This document shows, in pieces, positions 25,260-33,813 of a stretch of 34,532 nucleotides of DNA. The notes under the pieces were generated by a model. It was not told the origin of the DNA and ran no database searches. It worked only from the letters and a program-made list of their open reading frames with translations. Source of the DNA: Thermodesulfobacteriota bacterium (GTDB lineage: Bacteria; Desulfobacterota; Desulfobacteria; Desulfobacterales; Desulfosudaceae); the NCBI GenBank assembly GCA_049320925.1, contig JBMORB010000003.1, forward strand, positions 1 through 34,532, read 5' to 3'. The position numbers and the translations under genes were made by a program. How positions within the stretch are numbered: position 1 is the first letter of the stretch; every line of letters starts with the position of its first letter.

Positions 25260-26471
25260 ATGTTTATCGACTTTTTTTATAAGCTCAAGGAGATCGGCGT
25301 GCCGGTGACCCCCACCGCGTTTCTTACGCTTCACCGGGCGCTGGCCTTAAACCTCGTTTCCTCCATCGACGATTTTTACACCACCAGCCGAACCGTGCTG
25401 ATCAAAAGCGAGCGCTACTTCGACCTGTTTGACCAGCTGTTTGCCCACTATTTCCAGGGCGCGGACATGCCCGACCCGGACAACTGGGAAATCGACGAGA
25501 TTCTGCGGGCCATGCTGGATGAGTGGTTAAAAGACCCCAAAGAGCTGGCCGACATGCTGGGCATCACGCCCGAGGCCCTGGCAAAGATGACTCCGGAAGA
25601 GGTGGTGGCTTATTTTAAGGAGCGGTTAAAGGACCAGACGGAACGCCACGACGGCGGCAACCGGTGGATCGGCACCCGGGGCACGTCGCCGGTGGGCCAC
25701 TCCGGTACCCACCCCGGCGGCATGCGCGTGGGCGGGGTCTCCCGCAACAAGTCCGCGGTCAAGGTGGCCATGGAGCGGCGCTACAGGGATTACTCGCGCT
25801 CCGGGCCGCTGACACAGGCCCAGGTGGGCGAGGCGTTAAAGCGGCTTCGCAACCTGGTGCCCACCGGCCCCAGGGACCAGGTCAACATCGACAAGAGCAT
25901 CTATCACACCGTCAAAAACGGCGGCGAGATCGAGATTGTTTTCGACCGGAGCCTGAAAGACCGGCTCAAGGTGATCCTGGCCATTGACAACGGCGGATGG
26001 TCCATGGACCCCTACGTGGAAGTGGTCCAGACCCTGTTTGATTACGCCAAGGCCCAGTTCAAGGAGGTCAAGACCTTCTTTTTTCACAACACGGTCTACG
26101 ACGCCCTGTGGAAAGACCCCACCCGTTACAAGTCGCCCCAGTGGGTGGCCGAGCTGGTGCGGCTGGACCCGGAGACCCGCTTCATTCTGGTGGGTGACGC
26201 CAGCATGGCGCCCTACGAGCTGATGGCCGCGGACGGCGCCATCTACCTGGACAAGCGCGGCGGTTACGGCCTCAAGCAGGCCCGCCGTTCCAGCATCGAC
26301 AACCTGCGTTTTATCGCCGACACCTTTTCCCACGCCATCTGGCTCAATCCCGTGCCCAGCCGCATGTGGGACTATACCCAGACCATCAGCATGATCCGCC
26401 AGGTGTTTCCCATGTTCGAACTCTCCCTGGACGGGCTGGAACAGGCCGTGACCCATTTGATGGCAAAGTAG
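25260..26471 (+). CDS. VWA/CoxE-like partner of the MoxR ATPase
   Basis: HDGGNRWIGTRGTSPVGH, ILAIDNGGWSMDPY (MIDAS-like), FFHN, LVGDASMAPYEL, WLNP. Confidence 0.88.
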   Translation: MFIDFFYKLKEIGVPVTPTAFLTLHRALALNLVSSIDDFYTTSRTVLIKSERYFDLFDQLFAHYFQGADMPDPDNWEIDEILRAMLDEWLKDPKELADMLGITPEALAKMTPEEVVAYFKERLKDQTERHDGGNRWIGTRGTSPVGHSGTHPGGMRVGGVSRNKSAVKVAMERRYRDYSRSGPLTQAQVGEALKRLRNLVPTGPRDQVNIDKSIYHTVKNGGEIEIVFDRSLKDRLKVILAIDNGGWSMDPYVEVVQTLFDYAKAQFKEVKTFFFHNTVYDALWKDPTRYKSPQWVAELVRLDPETRFILVGDASMAPYELMAADGAIYLDKRGGYGLKQARRSSIDNLRFIADTFSHAIWLNPVPSRMWDYTQTISMIRQVFPMFELSLDGLEQAVTHLMAK

Positions 26472-26795
26472 GCACGGGTGGTTATGTCGCGGCGTTTAAT
26501 GAAAGCGCCGACAAAGCCGGGTGTTCATGGCTTTTCCTGCCTTCTTAACCTGGATATTTCACGAGTTGATTTGGCCGCAGGGTGAAATTTTCTGACATAA
26601 AATTGGCCCACAATGCCTCAAGTCGTTCATGACAGTTTGTGTTTTCGAAAAACGCCCGAAACCAATTATCACACACTCATAAAATTGTTTTTTCTTATTG
26701 TGTCCGCAGCCATCACCCTCGGTTGTTCCTTGGGCTGAAGGCCGTCCGTCGGGAATTATGAAGGGTATCCGTCAAAGGTGGCAAGGGGGTTTGAC

Positions 26796-26837
26796 GATCA
26801 AGCGTAAGCGTAAGAGCAAGAGCAAGAGCAAGATTAA
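26796..26837 (+). repeat. Tandem hexamer array (GAGCAA/GCGTAA units), family B, single arm
   Basis: GATCAAGCGTAAGCGTAAGAGCAAGAGCAAGAGCAAGATTAA, closely matching the right arm at 32895-32940. Confidence 0.85.
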
Positions 26838-26851
26838 TGGGGAAGAGGGGG

Positions 26852-28168
26852 TCAGGACTCGAGTTTGAACAGCCGGCGGATGATGTCGAGGTACCGGGTT
26901 TTGTCTTTTTTTTCTTCGATCTGTTTTAGAAAAGTGGTGGGGTCGTGAAGCAGTTTGTTGACAATGGCGTCGGTCATTTTATGGACGGTTTCCCGGTCCT
27001 GGGCGGGCAGGTGCTTCAAGGCCGACCCCAGGGTTTTGGCGGCTTCGGCATGGGCCATGTCGGCAACTTTTTCCCGCAGCGACACGATGGTAGGCACCAC
27101 GTCCAGGCTTTCATACCAGGCCCGGAAGGTGAGTACCGCCTCGTCCACGATGCGCTCGGCCCGGATGGCCTCCTGCTGGCGCTGCTTTACGTTTTCATCA
27201 ATCACCGTCTTTAAATCGTCGATGTCGTACACGTAGGCGTTGGCCACCCGGTTGATCTCGGGGTCGATGTCCCGGGGCACGGCAATGTCGATGAAAAAAA
27301 TCGGGTTGTTGCGCCGGCCGCGCATCACCTGTTTGACCTGGTCCCGGGTGATCACGAATCCCGGGGCGCCGGTGGAGCTGACCACGATATCCACGGCGCC
27401 CAGCATTTCAGGGATCTCCTGAAAGCTGACCGCCTGTCCCTGGTAGCGGCGGGCCAGTTCCACGGCCCGCTCAAAGGTCCGGTTGGCCACAAGAATGCTT
27501 TTCACCTGCTGGCCGGCAAAGTGCTCCACCGCCAGCTCGGCCATTTCACCGGCGCCGATCAGCAGCACGCTTTTGCCTTCCAGGGTGCCGAAGATCTTCT
27601 TGGCCAGTTCCACCGCGGCATAGCTCACCGACACCGCGCTGTCGCCAATGCCGGTTTCGCTTCGCACCCGCTTGGCCACCAGAAAGGTTTTGTGTATAAG
27701 GCGGTTTAAAATAACGCCCGATGTCTTACGCTCCACGGCCAGACGATAGGCGTCCTTGACCTGCCCGAAGATCTGGGGCTCACCCATGATCATGGAGTCA
27801 AGCCCGGATGCCACGCGGAAAATGTGGCGCACCGCCGCGTCCGCCTGGTGCAGGTAGAGATAAGGTTCCACCTGCGCCGGCAGAAGACCCTTCTGACGGG
27901 TCAGGCAGGCCACGGCGTCTTTTTGGGCGGCCGCCGGGTTATCGGTGGTCAGCAGCACTTCCGTCCGGTTGCAGGTGGAAATCAGGACTGCTTCAAGCAC
28001 CGACGGCGCGGCGACCAGGGCGTCCAGAGCGGCCGGGGCCTCCCCGGGGGAAAAAGACACCTTCTCCCGCACCTCCACCGGCGCGGTCTGGTGATTGACC
28101 CCCGTGAGAAGGATGGTGTGCGAGGAAACGGTATTATCGGGCACGTGGCGGTTCATGGTGTCGGTCAT
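26852..28168 (-). CDS. hemA: Glutamyl-tRNA reductase
   Basis: GVNHQTAPVEVRE, STCNRTE (catalytic Cys), GLDSMIMGEPQIFGQVK, IGAGEM, IDIAVPRDID; ATG 28168 overlaps the ccsA stop (ATGA). Confidence 0.97.
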   Translation of the reverse strand: MTDTMNRHVPDNTVSSHTILLTGVNHQTAPVEVREKVSFSPGEAPAALDALVAAPSVLEAVLISTCNRTEVLLTTDNPAAAQKDAVACLTRQKGLLPAQVEPYLYLHQADAAVRHIFRVASGLDSMIMGEPQIFGQVKDAYRLAVERKTSGVILNRLIHKTFLVAKRVRSETGIGDSAVSVSYAAVELAKKIFGTLEGKSVLLIGAGEMAELAVEHFAGQQVKSILVANRTFERAVELARRYQGQAVSFQEIPEMLGAVDIVVSSTGAPGFVITRDQVKQVMRGRRNNPIFFIDIAVPRDIDPEINRVANAYVYDIDDLKTVIDENVKQRQQEAIRAERIVDEAVLTFRAWYESLDVVPTIVSLREKVADMAHAEAAKTLGSALKHLPAQDRETVHKMTDAIVNKLLHDPTTFLKQIEEKKDKTRYLDIIRRLFKLES

Positions 28169-29004
28169 ACTTTTGTAAAAATGCCGTGATGGCCCTCCAG
28201 CAGGAAATTGACTCCCAGAAAGGTGAAAAGGACCACGAAGAAGCCCAGAATCGCCATGATGGCGGCCCGGCGGCCCCGCCATCCCACCACCAGCCGTTCG
28301 TGGAGAAGGGCCGCGTACACCAGCCAGGTGATGCCGGACCATACCTCCTTGGGATCCCATCTCCAGAATTTTCCCCAGACCATGCCGGCGTAGACGATCC
28401 CGGTGATCAGGCCGATGGTGAGAAGGGAAAAGCCCACCACCAGGCAGGCGTACCCGGCTGAATCAAGCCGTTCCAGGGACGGCAGCCGCCGGTAGAAAAA
28501 GCCCCGCTTTTTCTGCTTGATGGCCCGTTCCTGAATCAGGTAAAAGATACCGGCCCCGCAGGCCAGGGCAAAGGCCGCGTCCCCGGCAAACACCGTGACG
28601 ATATGAACGACCAGCCATGCGCTGTTGGCCCAGGTTCGAATGTCGGCAATGGGTTCGGCGGCGCGCTCCGGCAGCAGCACCGCCGTCAGCAGGAGGGACA
28701 GCACCAGGGGAGACACATAGATGCCGAAAAAATTCAGGCTGAGCCGCCATTGCAGCAGGATAAAAAGTCCGGCCACCGACCATGCCGTCAGGGAAAGGGT
28801 CTGGGACAGATTGAAGGCCGGCAGGTGGCCCAGCGCCGCGATCTGAAGGCTCAAGAGAGCGGTGTGGCCGGCAAAACCGGCGGCCAGCAGGCCATACCCC
28901 CACCGGTACAGGTTGTCTTTCTGAGAAAACAGAAACACAAAATAGGCGGCCGTGCTCAAGATGTAAAAACCGGCGGCCATGGTGGCGGCGACTGGAATCA
29001 TCAT
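28165..29004 (-). CDS. ccsA: CcsA/HemX-family (cytochrome c assembly) membrane protein
   Basis: Multiple TMs; WLVVHI, RLPSLERLD, W-rich motif WGKFWRWDPKEVWS, GVNFLLEGHH. Confidence 0.88.
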   Translation of the reverse strand: MMIPVAATMAAGFYILSTAAYFVFLFSQKDNLYRWGYGLLAAGFAGHTALLSLQIAALGHLPAFNLSQTLSLTAWSVAGLFILLQWRLSLNFFGIYVSPLVLSLLLTAVLLPERAAEPIADIRTWANSAWLVVHIVTVFAGDAAFALACGAGIFYLIQERAIKQKKRGFFYRRLPSLERLDSAGYACLVVGFSLLTIGLITGIVYAGMVWGKFWRWDPKEVWSGITWLVYAALLHERLVVGWRGRRAAIMAILGFFVVLFTFLGVNFLLEGHHGIFTKV

Positions 29005-29051
29005 GGGCGTTTCTTTCCGGGAAGGTTCATTGGAATATAAAATCCTCCGGA

Positions 29052-29714
29052 CTATATCTCAATGCCGAGCCGTTCAAGAGAAAACCCGCTGCCAAGGGTT
29101 TTTTCCAGAAGGGCGTCGATTGCTTTTGTTTGCTTTCCCCGGATCATGTCCAGCAGGCCGGCGGCAATCAGTCCCTCAAACAGGCCCTTGTGAGCTTCGG
29201 GCGCGTGCGCCTGGGCCAGCAGGACGGTTCGTATCTCTCCCATCAGGGCAAGAAAGGCGGCATACTCGGCGCCGAACTGCTGTTCCAGCTCCTTTCTCAG
29301 GTGCTTGGCAAAGGCCGGGCTTTTGCCCGACGTGGAGACAGCGATCTGCAGGTCGCCCTGCTGCACCACCGCCGGCAGAATGAAGTTGCACGCATCCGGC
29401 ACGTCGGCGATGTTGCACAGCATGTTTTTCCTGTCGGCATCCTCGCTGATGCGGAAGTTCAACGCCGTGTCGCTGGTGGCGCCGATCACCAGGAACATGC
29501 CGTCCAGGTCGGAGGCCGCGTAGGGGCGCAGAAAAAGCGTGATCCCGCCTTCCTTGGCCAGCCGGACAAGGGCCGCTTCGGCGGCCAGGGTCACCACCGT
29601 GACCCGCGCGCCGCAGGCGACAAGGGTTTTCACCTTGCGGACCGCCACGCCGCCGCCACCCACCACCAGACAGTTTTTGTCTTTTATGTTCAGGCATACC
29701 GGATAGTAATTCAT
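29052..29714 (-). CDS. Precorrin-2 dehydrogenase / sirohydrochlorin ferrochelatase (SirC/Met8/CysG N-terminal type)
   Basis: YYPVCLNI, VVGGGGVAVRK, NIADVPDACNFILPA, IAVSTSGKSPAFAK; upstream of ccsA-hemA. Confidence 0.92.
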   Translation of the reverse strand: MNYYPVCLNIKDKNCLVVGGGGVAVRKVKTLVACGARVTVVTLAAEAALVRLAKEGGITLFLRPYAASDLDGMFLVIGATSDTALNFRISEDADRKNMLCNIADVPDACNFILPAVVQQGDLQIAVSTSGKSPAFAKHLRKELEQQFGAEYAAFLALMGEIRTVLLAQAHAPEAHKGLFEGLIAAGLLDMIRGKQTKAIDALLEKTLGSGFSLERLGIEI

Positions 29715-30475
29715 GGCAACTCGATTCGCATCAGGTCCTTTGCCGCGCAGACCGTTCCATTATATGCGGTTTTGCACTGTTTCACCACATCCACGGTGTC
29801 GCACAGCGGATAAAGGTGGGTCAGCACCAGGGACCGGACCCCGGCCTTTTGCGCCATGGCGCCGGCCAGAGACGGCGTCAGATGGCCGTCCACCTTCCAC
29901 CCGTCGGGCAACGCTGATTCACATATCATCAGGTCCGCGTCCTTGGCAAGGCTTATCAGGCTGTCGCAGGTGTCGGTGTCGCCGGAATAGACCACCGACA
30001 CGCCACCCGCGGTCAGGCGAAAGGCGATGCTTTCCGGCCGGTGGTTGACCGGCTCCGTGGCCACGGTAAAATCGTCCCAGGAGCGGGTGTCCGGCCCGGC
30101 GGTGTCAAACTCGTCGATGACAAGCAGGCCGTCGGCCAGTTCAATCCATTCGCCGTAGACTCCTCTGAACGCTTCGTAAAACCCGGCAAACCCTTTTCCG
30201 CCGGCCATGACCAGGGGGCGGGTTCGCCGGGGGCCGGGGGAATACTTGCCGGCAAACAGCAGGGAAGCTATTTCGCCGGTATGGTCCGGGTGAAAATGGG
30301 AGAAAAAGAGGTGGGTTATTTCGTGTATGCCGACGCCTGTCTCCAGCAGCCGGCGCAGGGTGCCGGGGCCGCAGTCGAATAACGATTTTGCGCGGGCGGT
30401 TTCCACCAGCACGGCGCAGGCGCTTCTTTCCAGCGACGGCACGCAGGTGCCCGACCCCAGAATCGTGACCCTCAT
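29711..30475 (-). CDS. Metallo-beta-lactamase-fold hydrolase (RNase Z/cNMP phosphodiesterase-like)
   Basis: MRVTILGSGT, FDCGPG, SHFHPDH (HxHxDH), YSGDT, GHLT, LTHLYP. Start set at ATG 30475; its stop overlaps the sirC start. Confidence 0.9.
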   Translation of the reverse strand: MRVTILGSGTCVPSLERSACAVLVETARAKSLFDCGPGTLRRLLETGVGIHEITHLFFSHFHPDHTGEIASLLFAGKYSPGPRRTRPLVMAGGKGFAGFYEAFRGVYGEWIELADGLLVIDEFDTAGPDTRSWDDFTVATEPVNHRPESIAFRLTAGGVSVVYSGDTDTCDSLISLAKDADLMICESALPDGWKVDGHLTPSLAGAMAQKAGVRSLVLTHLYPLCDTVDVVKQCKTAYNGTVCAAKDLMRIELP

Positions 30476-30513
30476 TTTGCGTGTGTCGGACGCGGAGGCC
30501 AATAGGTTCTCCT

Positions 30514-31440
30514 TTATCGGGACGCGAACCGATGCTGGTGTCGCCGGTAATACCACTTTCCATGCAGGTTCTGATACCACCAGGCAAACCGGATGGCGCC
30601 GGGCAGGTCCGGAATCCAGAACCGGTCGGGAATGGGTTCGATCGGGGGTTTTCTGCCCGGTTCGACATCGGCCAGAACAAACCCTTCGCCGTCGGCGCGG
30701 TCCATGCGGGCCAGAATTCTGCCCTGGCCGTCCGTGATCTGTGTTTCTCCCAGAAAGTGGGACCGGTAGGCAAAGCCGGGCAGCAGGGGCGTTCGGCACT
30801 CAAAGTCGCCGGCATGGGCCGCGTGCACCACCGGGCATCCGGTGAGGCGGGCAAACCGGGCCGGGGTTTCCCGCATGATGGTCATGTTTTGTTCCCTCAC
30901 ACGGGGTGAAAAGCCGGGCAGCCATCTGTCCGGCAAACTCCACCAGCAGGAGCCACCCACCACCAGGTCGACGTTGCCCAGCAGCCGCCGGGCCGTGCGG
31001 GCGCGGACAAACTCCCAGCACAGAGCCACGCCGATGGAGCCGGCGGGCGTATTCAGTACGCCATCGTCCGCCCCGCCCATATAGTAACAGTTTTCCCACA
31101 TGGTGGGCTGGTCCTTGTCGTGGGTGTAGATCGTGCCGTCGGCAAAAGCCAGGATGAAGGTATTATATTGATGGGCCCCGCGCCGGGAGATAAAAGAGCC
31201 TCCGACCATGCCGTCATGTTCGGCGGCCAGCCTTTTCAGCATGCGGGCCGGCCCGCCGTCCAGGGGCCGGGCCGCCTGGTCCATGACCGGGGAAAACCCC
31301 GCGGCGGAGGTGAAAAATTCGGGCAGGATCACCATTTGCGCGCCCCGGTCAAAGGCCTGCCGGGCCAGCCTTTCGGCGGCGGCCATGTTTTTTTCAACAT
31401 GGCCGAGTTCGGCGGTCATCTGAACGGCGGCGATTTTCAT
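30514..31440 (-). CDS. Carbon-nitrogen hydrolase (nitrilase superfamily)
   Basis: MKIAAVQM; catalytic triad LPEFF / HDKDQPTMWE / ALCWE. Start set at ATG 31440. Confidence 0.9.
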   Translation of the reverse strand: MKIAAVQMTAELGHVEKNMAAAERLARQAFDRGAQMVILPEFFTSAAGFSPVMDQAARPLDGGPARMLKRLAAEHDGMVGGSFISRRGAHQYNTFILAFADGTIYTHDKDQPTMWENCYYMGGADDGVLNTPAGSIGVALCWEFVRARTARRLLGNVDLVVGGSCWWSLPDRWLPGFSPRVREQNMTIMRETPARFARLTGCPVVHAAHAGDFECRTPLLPGFAYRSHFLGETQITDGQGRILARMDRADGEGFVLADVEPGRKPPIEPIPDRFWIPDLPGAIRFAWWYQNLHGKWYYRRHQHRFASR

Positions 31441-31555
31441 GGTGTTGTGGGGCTCAAAAGACTTTTGGGTTGATCTTTTTTTTGCGCCAAAGAAAAGCGC
31501 ACGGATAAACAGAAAAGGAGAAAACCGTCTTTGGGAGTACGCGGCGCATAAATTC

Positions 31556-31583
31556 CGATTTCGATCCCGATAGCGATTTCGAT
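31556..31583 (+). repeat. 28-bp period-6 intergenic repeat, family A copy 2
   Basis: Identical to 24303-24330 and in the same orientation; both are followed by nTGGA. Confidence 0.9.
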
Positions 31584-31756
31584 ATGGACAAACAAGCTTG
31601 CGGCTGCCCTGATGAATGTCTATCCTATTCAACTTTTTTTGTAAAGCCGCCGGCCGGAGACATTTATAGAAAAAATCCGCCAGGCCTTGCGGTTTTTCTT
31701 ATGATCGCCTAGACTCCTGTTCTGTCTGTCAGCAACCGCAAAATGGATGTAACACC

Positions 31757-32788
31757 ATGAACCGTTTTGTAAAAAATTTATTTATGTGCGCCCTGGGCCC
31801 TGCCTGCCTGTGTGTGGCCCTTTCCGGATGCGATTTTCGGCGGCACAAAACCTTTTCCGGCAAAACCATGGGAACGGTGTATCATGTCACCGTGGTCACC
31901 AGCGCCTTTTCGCGCACAGGGCCTTTAAAGACAAAAGTTGAAAGGCGGCTGGCCGAAATCAACGCCAGCATGTCCACCTACATGGCCGCCAGCGAGATTT
32001 CCCGGTTCAACAACGAAACAGGGCCGGACCAGCCTTTTGCCGTGTCCGCCGACTTTCTTAAGGTTGCCGCTGCGGGCCGGGATCTGTTTCAAATGACCGG
32101 CGGGGCCTGGGACGGGTCGGTATGGCCCCTGGTCCAACTGTGGGGGTTTGACCGGCCGGGTCGGCAGATCGTTGTGCCGGACCCGTCCCAAATAGAGAAG
32201 GCCCTGGCCTGTGTCGGGTATGACCGGCTTCTTATTGACGATGCGGGCCGCCTGACCAAAACATCCCCCTGCCTGTTTCTGGATTTTGCCTCCATTGCCA
32301 AGGGATATGGCGTGGACGCGGTGGCCGAGGTGATAAAGGCCGCCGGCATCGACAATTTTATCGTGGAGATCGGCGGAGAGGTCTATGCGGCGGGCGTCCG
32401 GAGAAACGGCGCGCCCTGGCGGATCGGCATCAACATGCCGGAGCCCGGCGCGCCCACCGACCAGGTGCGCCAGGTGGTGGTCCTGTCCAACCGGGCCATG
32501 GCCACCAGCGGCGACTATCGGAACTATTTTATTCTCGACGGCCGCACCTACAGCCACGTCATGGACCCCCGGACCGGCTACCCGGTGAACAACGGCGTGG
32601 TCAGCACCACGGTGGTGGCCGGCGACTGCACCTTTGCCGACGGCCTGGCCACGGCCCTGATGGTCATGGGCGCCGGGCCGGGCACGGCCCTGGTCGACAC
32701 CCTGGACAACGTGGAAAGCCTTATCACGGTCCGGCGGCCGGACGGCACGTACGAGGATTTCCGATCAAAGGGGTTTGTGGCGCGATAA
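31757..32788 (+). CDS. apbE: FAD:protein FMN transferase lipoprotein
   Basis: Lipobox LSGC; GKTMGT, SEISRFN, LDFASIAKGYGVD, VEIGGE, ATSGDYRNY, HVMDPRTG, ADGLATA. Confidence 0.95.
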   Translation: MNRFVKNLFMCALGPACLCVALSGCDFRRHKTFSGKTMGTVYHVTVVTSAFSRTGPLKTKVERRLAEINASMSTYMAASEISRFNNETGPDQPFAVSADFLKVAAAGRDLFQMTGGAWDGSVWPLVQLWGFDRPGRQIVVPDPSQIEKALACVGYDRLLIDDAGRLTKTSPCLFLDFASIAKGYGVDAVAEVIKAAGIDNFIVEIGGEVYAAGVRRNGAPWRIGINMPEPGAPTDQVRQVVVLSNRAMATSGDYRNYFILDGRTYSHVMDPRTGYPVNNGVVSTTVVAGDCTFADGLATALMVMGAGPGTALVDTLDNVESLITVRRPDGTYEDFRSKGFVAR

Positions 32789-32831
32789 CAAGGAAGAGGA
32801 TTGTTTAACGTCGGCAGATGGACGTATCTGA

Positions 32832-32940
32832 ATCGTAATCTTACTCTTACTCGTGCTCTTGATCCTTCTTTTTTCCCTGTGCCGGGTGCTTTTTGATCAA
32901 GATTACGAGCAAGAGCAAGAGCAAGAGTAAGAGTTACGAT
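32832..32940. repeat. Imperfect inverted repeat built from hexamer arrays, family B, two arms
   Basis: Left arm ATCGTAATCTTACTCTTACTCGTGCTCTTGATC (32832-32864); right arm GATCAAGATTACGAGCAAGAGCAAGAGCAAGAGTAAGAGTTACGAT (32895-32940); 30-nt spacer. Confidence 0.85.
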
Positions 32941-32987
32941 CGCTGATCATCTCTAAAATACTTATTACAACACACCAGGAGAAAAAA

Positions 32988-33812
32988 ATGACAACCGACT
33001 ATAAATTTTACCTTGTGGAAAAGAAGCCGCCGGTGGCGTGGGTCTATTTGAACCGGCCGGAAAAGAAAAACGCCATGAACCCGCCGGCCTGGGAAGAGAC
33101 AGTGCCCATTTTCGAGGACTTGGACAGTGATGACGCGATCCGGTGCGTGGTGGTGGCCGGCAAGGGCGAAGCCTTTTCCGCCGGCATCGACCTGATGGCC
33201 ATGGCCGGGGAGATGCCTGAACTGGCCGACCAGAACCAGCGGGGCGGAGTCAAACGCAGCCTGCTCAAGAAAATATACCGGTTTCAGGATACCATGAGCT
33301 GCATCGAATGGTGCCGCAAACCGGTCATTGCCGCCATTCACGGGTATTGCGTGGGCGCGGGGCTTGACATGGCCACGGCCTGTGATATCCGGCTGTGCAG
33401 CGCCGACGCCGTTTTTTCCCTGCGCGAGGCGGCGGTGGGGTTTGTGGCCGACGTGGGCGTACTGCAGCGCCTTCCCCACATCGTGGGGCAGGGCGTGACC
33501 CGGGAGCTGGCCTATACCGCCAAAAACATCGACGCGGCGCGAGCCCGCGAAGTGATGCTGGTCAACGCCGTGTACAAGGACCGCGAGGCCCTGTTTGCCG
33601 GCGCTCAGGCCATGGCCGAGGAGATTTCCGAAAAATCGCCACTGGCGGTGCAGTCCTCCAAGGACGTGCTCAACTACGGCATCGGCAAATCGGTGGCCGA
33701 CGGCCTGACCTACGTGGCGTCCATGAGCGCCAACGTGATTCCCTCCGCCGACCTGTACGAAGCCATTGCCGCCTTTGCCGAACGGCGCAAGCCGAAGTTT
33801 TCGGGAAAATAA
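32988..33812 (+). CDS. Crotonase/enoyl-CoA hydratase-isomerase family protein (dienoyl-CoA isomerase-like)
   Basis: LNRPEKKNAMN, FSAGIDL, KPVIAAIHGYCVGAGLDMATACDIR, REAAVGFVADVGVLQRL; AGGAG SD. Confidence 0.93.
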   Translation: MTTDYKFYLVEKKPPVAWVYLNRPEKKNAMNPPAWEETVPIFEDLDSDDAIRCVVVAGKGEAFSAGIDLMAMAGEMPELADQNQRGGVKRSLLKKIYRFQDTMSCIEWCRKPVIAAIHGYCVGAGLDMATACDIRLCSADAVFSLREAAVGFVADVGVLQRLPHIVGQGVTRELAYTAKNIDAARAREVMLVNAVYKDREALFAGAQAMAEEISEKSPLAVQSSKDVLNYGIGKSVADGLTYVASMSANVIPSADLYEAIAAFAERRKPKFSGK

Positions 33813-33813
33813 C

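Noticed and set aside
24303-32940. CRISPR array or IS ends suggested by the 28-bp repeats and hexamer arrays
   Set aside because: No regular repeat-spacer periodicity, no cas or transposase gene, and the enclosed genes are housekeeping.
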